A DNA stretch of 64,000 nt from Octopus vulgaris (Eukaryota), in contig OX597814.1 of NCBI GenBank assembly GCA_951406725.2, positions 15,190,001-15,254,000 on the forward strand, written 5' to 3'. Under the pieces are notes generated by a model. It was not told the DNA's origin and did no database searches. It was given only the letters and a program-made list of their open reading frames with translations. A program made the position numbers and the translations under genes. Every line of letters begins with the position of its first letter. The first letter of the stretch is position 1. Below are positions 53,799 to 64,000 of the stretch, one piece after another.

Positions 53799-54699
53799 CT
53801 GTTTATCTCTGTGTGTATAATCAGGTATTTATATATGAATGTATTTGTATTTCTGCCATTTTGTAGCTGCGTCATAAAATTAACGATGTAATGGTCATGG
53901 AAAAATTACTTCTTCTACGTCACTCATCTCGTGAATGTATATTTCTCAGTGCTAGCATAGCTCTTTCTGTCTTTCTTTCTACTACTCCTCCCCTCTCTCT
54001 TTCTTCCACTCACTCTCTTTTTATCCCACTCACTCTCTCTTTGTCCCACGCTTCTCGTTCCACTAGATCAAGAGTTAAAAAGCCAAAAGTTTTTTCAGTG
54101 TCGGACACCTAAAACTTGATGAAAGCACGGTACATGCTACCAAGTCATACTGATTTGCGACCGACAATATTGTTTCCTTCCATTTTCCCAATAAAAAAAC
54201 AACCCTGGTTTTTGTTCACATCTTAAATTTTAATTAACTTGTTAATTAATAAATTAATTATTGACTGATTGCTTTTCGAAAGACCTTCTATACACAGACT
54301 TGACCTTTTTAATATTTTCTTATTTCTCGAACAGAGATGTTGTTCTCTTCTTTCTGAATTGCAAGAACTGAAGAACATGGTGTGTGGGGAAATATATATT
54401 GACAAACCGATCAATAATTAATTAATCAGTTTATTAATTAATTAACAATAAAATGAGGACTGCGATAAGTGTCTATGATTTAATTGAAAGAATAAAGAAC
54501 CAAAAGTCCAAAAGTAAACATGTATATGTATGCATGTATTCACACAAGCAGATTCCCTCCCATATATATATATCTGGGGAAACGTATATAGGTGCACATA
54601 TACACAGAGTGTTCGAGATAAATTTGACAGTTTGCATAAACGGAAAAGGAAATGCAACATCCTCTCAATAATAAAGTATTTAGAACAAAATGCAATTTG

Positions 54700-54990
54700 A
54701 CTATCGTTCCATGATAACCGTACGTTCATCGCAGACGTCCTTACATTCTACTATGGTCTCAAGAAGGTTCCGAAACAATGCGCATGCATTCATCACTGAG
54801 CATGGGAAGGACTTTGAACACCTTGATCTCGGCTTCAAACTCGGCTTTGGCGTTGCGAAGTGAACGGTCGGTGCCTTTCTAAATCGCGCTCTAGTATCAT
54901 TACGGTTACAATCAAGGGTGGGAGGCCAGAAATCGGGGCTGGTTCACCGACAACCACTTCTAGAGGCACGGCAAGGAGCCGAATCTTGTT
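54700..54990 (-). mobile_element. Possible LTR-retrotransposon (Ty3/gypsy-like) gag N-terminal remnant
   Basis: GC-richer island with minus-strand fragments PDFWP and NAKAEFE...KVFKVLPMLSDE, resembling gag LPxFWP...EAxF. Frames are broken. Confidence 0.35.
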
Positions 54991-55190
54991 ACCACACCCC
55001 TAGCATTGTAGCAACAACCCTCTCCAGCGTGGGATTGACCAGTCTTCAGCATCTTCTCTTACTCTATTGAATAGAGTCTAAAGCCCTGTTCGAAGATGTA
55101 GCTATGAGCTCCTGCAGTCAGAACACCGGCTGGGAAATCAACGTCCAATCCACAGAAGCACAAAGATATTCTTGCTGATCTCCCTATTTC

Positions 55191-55228
<38 letters not shown>

Positions 55229-55343
55229 CTCAGCTGTGAACTTGGAACTTAACGGGTGAACAATTATAGCGTTTACTCAGCGTACCTATTCATTTAGATC
55301 ACCAGTGAGCACCCCCATATATATATATATATATATATATATA

Positions 55344-56003
55344 AGATTTTGAAAGTTCGTTTAAGTTAGTTTATTTGTATTTTGAAATTAGCTATTTCAT
55401 CTTTAAATATGAAAAATTGAATTTATTAGGTTTTCATTATATACAATTATTTATAGAGATTATTTTAGATCTTGATTATAATATTTGTATATATTTTCAT
55501 TGATAATTTATATATATTAGTCATTTTAAATATTTATGTAATTAGATATAGACTAATATTGATATTAGATTATGGGTTTTCTACCTTATAAATTAAAGTT
55601 AATATTTAACATTATAGTCGATTTCGATATAATCATATTTAATAATAGAGTTTATTATAAGTAAAATTATTATATTATATATATTATTTATATCTTAAAA
55701 ATATTGATTATATTTTTAGATATTTAAACCACCTGATGAATGACTGCGACTCAAAAATTTGAAGACGTTAGCAGGCATGAAACAATCGTAGTGTGATATT
55801 AATTATATTTTTTAATAATTTTGTTATATATTTAAATAATATAAATTAAATAATCTTATGTATTGTTTTAAGTTTTTCATTGTTTGATTTGCCTAATAGT
55901 GGTTTTGTCTCTAATTTAATATAATACAATATTTTACTATAAAATTGGATTCAATCCTAAATCTGATTTTTCCCTGTAAGTTTGGATTTATTCCCTAATA
56001 TTT
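55344..56003 (+). mobile_element. Family H2 element, longer AT-rich copy between two (TA)n tracts
   Basis: Shares the hammerhead and downstream tail (GTGGTTTTGTCTCTAATTTA...AAAATTGGATTCAATC...TTTGGATTTATTCCCTAATA) with 50196-50585. Confidence 0.75.
55726..55793 (+). ncRNA. Type I hammerhead ribozyme motif (same family as 50422)
   Basis: AACCAC CTGATGA ATGACTGC ... GCAGGCAT GAAAC AATC GTA GTG. Canonical core, 7/8 bp stem II with a long loop. Confidence 0.75.
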
Positions 56004-56027
56004 ATTATATATATATATATATATATA

Positions 56028-56345
56028 ATACAGTGTACATTAAAACACATTAAGACGCTTCCAAAATTATAGAAATTTTCACTACCAGTGGACTAGCGTA
56101 GAAGAAAATTAGTCAATAGACTATATATTGTTCATATAAAATACAGTCGAGAATTTATCCCTAATTAGGGGTTTGGACTTTAACTGTTCTTTGTAGCGTA
56201 ATGGATTCCTCTGATGGAAGCCTCTTCATATGTTTTAATGTACACTGTATTTTACATGAATAATATATAGTCTATTGACTAATTTTCTTGTACGCTAGGC
56301 TACTGGTAGTAAAAATTTCTATAATTTTTATTATCCTGATATTAT
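56028..56345. repeat. Rearranged inverted-repeat cassette between (TA)n tracts
   Basis: 56028-56062 is approximately the reverse complement of 56214-56251, and 56063-56146 of 56246-56328. CTGATGG lies at about 56211. Confidence 0.7.
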
Positions 56346-56365
56346 TTATTATGTATATATATATG

Positions 56366-56459
<94 letters not shown>

Positions 56460-56846
56460 GAGAATATGAGTGGATTAGCTCACTTGTGATCTAAATGACT
56501 AAGTACAAGTACAATATGTACAATGACTGTTCATCCGTTAGGTTCCAAGTTCACAGCTGAAGCTGGAGTTGAGGATCCGTATTAGACTTCTGTGTTGGCA
56601 GATATGTATTATATTAGAGGAAAAAGAACCACAAAACCCAAGACAGTACCTGAAGTCATAGGCTAGCATGTCCGTACACTGGATATTCCGTCAAGGTGAG
56701 TATTATGAAAATTCTATACAGGGAAATTCACTGTTTTGTAAGGAATAAAATTTATCAGGGATCATAACTAAACGCTTTCACATATGTACGGACCAACTTC
56801 CATAGCCCCTGGAAAAAGATGACGTGTGAACTTTATTCTCCTGTCT

Positions 56847-57075
56847 GAGCTGGCAGACACGTTAGCGCGCCGGGTGGAATGCTTAGCGGTATTTCGTCTG
56901 TCGTTACGTTCTGAGTTCAAATTCCGCCGAGGTCGACTTTGCCTTTCATCCTTTCGGGATCGATAAATAAAAGTACCAGTTTCGCACTGGGATCGATGTA
57001 ATCGACTTAATCCCTTTGTCTGTCCTTGTTTGTCCTCTCTATGTTTAGCCCCTTGTGGGCAATAAAGAAATATAT
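56847..57075 (+). mobile_element. SINE family B copy
   Basis: Nearly identical to 5875-6106. Confidence 0.85.
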
Positions 57076-60000
57076 ATTCTATCTACTTTTACTCTTTATT
57101 CTTCTATTTTGTTACTTATAAACCGTGAATTTCCGTCTAGAATTTTCATGTATATTCACCTTGTTTCTGGTGACACAATACCCAGTGTCCAAACACGGTA
57201 GCTTATCGCTTGGGTTACCCAGAAACAGCTGTAATACTTTAGATTAATTTTAGTCTAAATGACTTCAGACACGCGACCAGCCATGGTTTTTCTGATCCTT
57301 TTTCCTTTACTATAACACGCACTCACATACACACACACACACTCACACCCACACACACATACACCCACACACAAACACACAGACACACACACTCGCACGC
57401 ACACACACGCACACATATAATGTGAGTTTTTTTCTAGTGGCGATATATTCGGTGTTAATTTCTGTCATGTAAAGATTTTTAATGCATCAGTCAATAAAGT
57501 AGCATATACATGTATACAGACTCAACACATATATACACACATACATATATACATGTGTGTGTGTGTGTGTGTCTTTGTATGGGGGTGAGGTGCACACGCT
57601 CGAGGTGTTGTTATTGCTTTTGTTGTTTCGAGCCCATTCTTCTATGATTAAGCAGATTCATCATCAGTGGACTTCTAGCCATAATCGTATTTTTGGATAA
57701 TGCCCCATTTTACAACGTACCCTTTATCTCGAAACGATAAGGTGGTATTTAACGTTTATCAATATCTGCTATAACTGAATAGGTGGGCCACCACGTCGAG
57801 ACTCGTCGTGAACTTAAATGTTGTATAGCGTGCTATACAGTGATCTTATACATTTTCACACTATCCTATGTATGCCTTTATATTCTTCTGGGGGCGATGT
57901 GCTGTGGACACAATAAAAGTAGGCTACGTTACAACAGTACAATAGATGCCTTTTCTCTTCCAGAATTAAAATTATTTCTTTCCCTCAAGATTTCTTGTTA
58001 ATTGCTTAAGTATAACGGAAAAAAATTAAAAGGTAATTTTATACTGAAGGCATTTCTGTATGAGTGCCATTTATTTATTTATTTTTTTTTGTCAGACACT
58101 TATAGGAGGTATAGCGAATTTACAACGGCGAAATATTGCATATTTATATAGTGACAACATCAGAAGGGTTTCGAGTTTTTAACAGCATAAAATCGCTTTA
58201 CATCTTAATTAGGTTTTCTGTACATTCTCAGTATACACTGCTATGCTGTTGATCGAAGATGTGTTGAGTTCTACTACGAACCATAATTGTTATATTGAAA
58301 GTGTTTACCAAAGGATTGTTAACGTTTCTGAAAGTGTACTTGTTTTGTACGTCGATATGCTAATTATAGAAATATCATTATTTCTAATTCTCTCAAAAGG
58401 AGACTACGGCAGCGGTACTGAATATTAATAGTTATCGCCATGCTAACATGGCAGGCCAGAAAAATAGGATGAATGCTGCTGTTGATTACCTCCAAGAGGC
58501 CATCGCCTTTAGCTAGCTATGTGACACACAAACCTGCGTCCATTATAATCTTCGAACAGGGGAGGTCAGCAGCATCCCCTTGCTGGTCTGGAAACCACAA
58601 ACTAGTTTCGAGGTGGTTGCCTCTTATCAATGTGGAGTAGCCGAAATTGTCGTATGTATGTACTGTTTATGGATTTATCAATGTCATGAAAGGTGCAAGA
58701 TGAAATTAACTCGTCTTTCAGGATTCATAACTTAATACAAGCTCACAAAGTCGGTTTCCCAGATCTTTTGAACAACACATTATCTATTTACAATGTACCG
58801 ATCTCACGTTCACAACGTTGATGATGATCTAGTGACATGGGATATTCTCTGTCACTTGAGTGGAATAAATATCATAGAGATTTCTTTCTAAATTACATGC
58901 TTATCGGTTTTATCTCCGTTGCGCTTTCAAACAGTAGTGGAATAACTGGTAACGGCGCACAGCATTTTGTATGTCTATTTTTATACCGGCTGAAGTCGAA
59001 AGTTATCAAAATATTTAAATGTACTGAAAGCTTACAGAAGATAAATATATAAGTATATAAATAAGTTTCTAAATAGAAACGTTATTATTTCTAATTCTCT
59101 CAAAGAGAGATATTCAGTAACAGTATTTCAAAAAGTAAAGACTATTTGCCAACATAATGTGGCAGTCCCAGATGGGACGAATGTTACTGTTGTTTTCTTT
59201 ACTGTATATTTTCTTTATATGGTCATATTTGAAATTTGTCATATTCGTTTATTATTAATTCCGCATTGATATTGGTTGTAGCTTTAAGTAATCACTAATT
59301 AGCAAACACTTAAGTTGATTGATCTCTTTGATTAAATAACTTAGAATAAGATTCATGTGTGCCTGATTGCAACGTAAATCTCTATTCGGTATTTCAAGGT
59401 GTACAACCAGTAACTTTTCTCTTAGAGAGCTCCGCATTGTAAGATAATTTCGGCTGTATTTGAGCGTGCATACTTCATTCCTTGAAGATAATCATAACCT
59501 AAAATATACGCATGATTTCTTTACATAGGGATATTGGAAATCCAGTGTTTTTAGTTTATTTAAATAACATTACTATTAACTGTATCTGGCTTCTGATTGA
59601 TTCCAGAAGACTTTCAGTGAATGAATAAATGCGACAATTTGATGCTTGAAAGGCTAACGGATTTTCTCTTGTTTTCGTCACTCAAATTCCTTTCGTAAGG
59701 CATCAGTTATCCTGAGACTATGATAAAAGATAGTATTTTATAGATGCCATCTTTTAATTGTAGTATGGTGATTGTTTCTGTGGTTGCGGCAGGATTTGAG
59801 AAGTTTGGCAGCAAAAGAATGGGAATAATTCCCTCCTTTTTGTGCTGCGTTTTACTTGTGAGTGAGGACATGCATGTTTAAGTGAAGTTTTGGTACTGAA
59901 ATTTTGATTTCTTTTTGATATGCACATTGTTTTGTGTAGAGACATCACCTACGAATGGTTGCCATCGTTGTTTCGAATACTATATTCTGCTCTCGTTGGT

Positions 60001-63000
60001 TAGAGTAGTTTTCTGCTTCGAAGATTCACTGTTTGACCGCTATTCGAACCGTTGAATATCTCATTTTCGTTTCTAGTTGTTAAACTAGAAAGTTACTATT
60101 CAAAACTATTATTCACTGTAACATTTCTCTATGTCCCTCACTCTCTCATTTTCCATCTCTTTCCTTCCTCCCTCCTTCTCTCCTCTCTCTCTCTTTCTCT
60201 CTCTTGTAAGAGAGTATTTCGGAGGGTTTTGGGTTAGTAGATGTACGAGGTTGAGTGAGTGTGTGGTTGTTTCTTTCTTTGGCTGTGAGAGCACCTTCAC
60301 TCTTTCATAAGAACATTTCATGCACCACTGCTCATTGAATCAATTCTATGCCTCTGCGAAATATGCATATGTTTTGTTTTCTTTTTTTGTAAAATAAAAT
60401 ATTGATTTATTTAAAAAAAACACTAACATAATGATAATTTCAGTATGTAAATTGAATTCATACACATTGATGTGTAAAAGAAAATCAGTAAAATATAATA
60501 AAAAAAAATTCACTGGCAACTTAAAAAACGAAATTAATAAAAACTCTTAAAATTGTAGAAATAAAAACTTTTGCTTCACAAGAAATACGAAAAAAGTGAT
60601 CTTTCCACTGGTTTATATCATTTTTTTTTAATACAGCATCAAAATTCTGCCGTTATTGTCGATGAAATTATGGTAAAAAGCTACATCAAAGTAATTTTAT
60701 AGTTTAATCATATCAAATATTATTATATCGCAATCTTATGTATTCGTGTAATTTATGTCCGCATATTCGGATATTCGGATGTGTAATCTAGTTATCGCTT
60801 TTTTACTGATAACTGATAAACTATAATTGAAACCTATCTTACACTTTGCTGGAAATTGCATGTGGCCAAATAATTTTGGTGCTGGACTACGAGTTAATAA
60901 AATAACGGTTCATGCATGCTTCAATCTGCACTGCATTGTATGAGTGACCAAAATGCATAACCCCATGTACAGCTAAGTGGTCTTCCTCCTGGTCATTTGA
61001 CGTGTAATATCATGCATGCGGTTGTATAAAGAAATGGGCACGCTGGATAACTTTAAGTCACCACGTTTGGAAAGAAAGGAAACGAAATGCTATGTCATCG
61101 TGATAGCAACCTCTGATCATAGATCTGGTTTTAAACTGATTTGGACTGAAATAATAAGAACAAAAAGTTTCCTATAGCAACTCTCATCTAGCCTTAAAGT
61201 AGCTATTAACACTAAGGCAGTCGAGTGACATAATTGTTAGAGCGACGAGAAATGCATTGCGGTAATGTACCCACTTATTGCGTGTTGGGTTGGAATACGG
61301 GTGAAATGATCTTCGTATTTGATCTGGTAGGATTTGATAAATAAAGTCCCAAACAAGCGCCGGAAAGTTTTTTTTCTTTTCTTTTCTCTTACAATCTGCT
61401 TCACTGAGATATGAAACTGCCTTGTGAATCGAGTGCTCCTTTCTTTTGGGAAATGGCAAGAGATTTAGCAATAGGTTAGCAACATATTTCGCATTAAAAA
61501 AAAATGATCCACATAACCAAAGAACATAGTAGATGTTGACGAACTGATACGCTCTTCAGCACAAAGCGGTACGAAAAAAAAATTAATAAAGATTAAGAGA
61601 AATATATGTCGTGATTCTATCCCGAAAACCGTTAACTAGATTTAATTCTTATGTTTTTAACGTCTACTATGCAAAATGTACCAACAAAAACAATTTAGTT
61701 GGCAAGTATTCATATATATTTATTGAAAAAATATTTCTAAATGTTTGTTATTGTATAATTTTAATTAGAGTTTAGACATATTTTTTTATAACGTGAATTT
61801 CAAAGAAATTGAATTTCATGCTTTAAATTTCCTTCACTTTCAGACACAGTATATAATTATTTCAATAGATTGTCTTATTATTTGTATGCTTCAGTAAATG
61901 TTTTATGTAACGATATAAAATAAAAATCATTTTATATATCAGTGATGTTTCAATGGCTGCTAAAAGGAAATATTTAAACTCTCTGTTGTTTTAAATTTGG
62001 ATTAAAACAACTGAAAATTATTATTGTATCAGTTGCTGAAACATTTTAATAAATCTTTCTATTTAATACAAATCTGCCAAAAGTATTTTAGGTGAGATTT
62101 CCCTTTGCTTTCTCAATTGTACATTAACGAAATAGAGGCTGAATTCTCATAAAAATGAACAATGAACTATCATACCGAATAATGGAGCAAATAGGAAGAT
62201 TGCTATTAGTATTAGTGTTAGAAATATAATTTACATGTACAATGTATAGTTGTTAACAATGAAAATTCACGTTCCTTAATGTCTCGATGTGTGATAAAAA
62301 CATTCATTCATATAATAAAGCTGTGTGCGTATATATTTAAAACCTTATGTACTCTCAAACATGGAAAAACTTCGTTGCGGTAATCGTTTCGAAAAGTAAA
62401 TTTTCGTTATAGATTATGTGTACAAAAGAAACACATGGGCTGTGTATGACGCCCTCGAACTGTAAAACACGTATATATGCGCGGTTACGCTTCATCAGTA
62501 ACACACAGATTTAGTCGCTCACAATCCATTAAGAAATGCTTTTTTTTATATATAAACAGGAAAAAATACATTTCTTGGTAGGTGCTGAGCTTTTTCGGGC
62601 TTTAATTAAATGAAGGTACATTAAGTAACAAAGATTGGGGATATTCTCATTTAACACTGTTTCATACATTGAGTCAAATAATAATTTACTGTAAGACAGA
62701 TAATTAGTTAAGTCTAAGAAGCAGTCTAATTCGTAGATGTGTTTTAGATGTAAACTATATCTGATCGAGAACATCAAAGAGATTAAAGTAGTTACCCAAC
62801 CTACTTTTTATTCAGGTAGTATATCTAGGGCTAAAATATGCATTATGTCAACTATTTGTGTCAGTAGAATATGACTGGAGAATATATTTTTGCCAATAAT
62901 GAATGGCGGCTTAGACTTTCCCAGTTTCACTCAGCTGGCTCATAGGTTAACTACATTTTACTAACAAAGAAATCGATCATTTGTATTGCACACTATCATT

Positions 63001-64000
63001 AAAATTATCTCTTTAGCCAAGGCCAGTCATGGTTGAACTTTTAATCCTTTCTTTTAATGTAGGACAATATCGCGATTAGCAGCCATAAGGTTTATATGAG
63101 CTACCAATTGTGGAAAAGATGTAGGAAATTATCTACAGATATGCGACCTTACCCGAATGCATGTAACAGCTCGGGATCCACTAAGATCATGGTAAGATCA
63201 GGCAGTGGTGTTACAAATGGAACACACATTTCATCTACACAAAGTTTTTATACAGTTTCTATCTCTGTATCGAATTTCAGTTACAATGCTTGATCAATGT
63301 GTCGCTATCGTCCTTAACACATGTGTAAGGCGTCAGTCATAGAACAGAATTCAAAAGAAAGTTGGAGTCAAGCGAAAGTCTAAACCACACGTCCCTACTC
63401 TGTACTGAATGCGCTCACATCTGACTGCATATCTGTTACATTGTCATCTTGTTTGCTTATGGCTGAAACAAAATATAATCAGGCAAGGATGATAGAAAGT
63501 GCTCAAATGGTCAGCAAATTGGACGACTGCTTCTTGAATCATGTTTTTATGAAATAGTAGTAAATATATTTAATTCTATACATTCACTTAACGCTTTCAA
63601 ACACGAAGCTTTATACACGTTGTATAAGTCTCTCTAAATCGCCAAAAACTCAGGTTTAAATTTTCAGATCCGTATTTAGTCAAGCAATAATCGATATGTA
63701 CATGCATAAGCTCAGAAATATACACATGTATAACACATAAACACACACATATACGCACCTTTATATACTTCATAATGTAAGTCAAATGTTATTGACGAAA
63801 ATAAAATGTTACTAACTGAAAAGTAGACAAATTGGTTATATCCTAGGCTTCTATCTCTTCATAAATGGAAAGAGTCTGCCGAACTGATCATCATCCGACC
63901 ATTGAGAATTAAAATCTGCGACCAAAACTGGTGGTGCCATTTGTCCAAAAAAGGAACCTCCAGGGCTACTTCATAACAGTCTATTTTTTTCTTTTTCAAC

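Overview
AT-rich, microsatellite-dense animal genomic DNA. The repeat families and simple-repeat load suggest a coleoid cephalopod, most likely Octopus (inference). The only host gene I can support is the first coding exon of a two-pore-domain (K2P, TWK/TWIK-like) potassium channel on the minus strand: ATG at 12068, phase-1 GT donor at 11050, probable acceptor at 12395. The rest is intronic or intergenic and full of mobile DNA: two CR1/L2-type LINEs, Tc1/mariner fragments and MITEs, non-autonomous Helitrons, four tRNA-derived SINE families, and Penelope-like (GIY-YIG/RT) remnants. The most striking signal is about 10 well-formed, plus several decayed, minimal type I hammerhead ribozyme motifs. 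They sit in short non-coding cassettes that almost always lie in or against (TA)n microsatellites, often as fold-back palindromes and nested arrays (48.6-51 kb, 55.3-56.4 kb). They include a five-copy ~190 bp family with a fixed non-canonical core (CUGU instead of CUGA) and U3-A8 covariant cores. This looks like a (TA)n-targeting, ribozyme-bearing, Penelope-dependent non-autonomous retroelement system. All ribozyme calls are by-eye pattern matches and need folding, covariance searches and cleavage assays.
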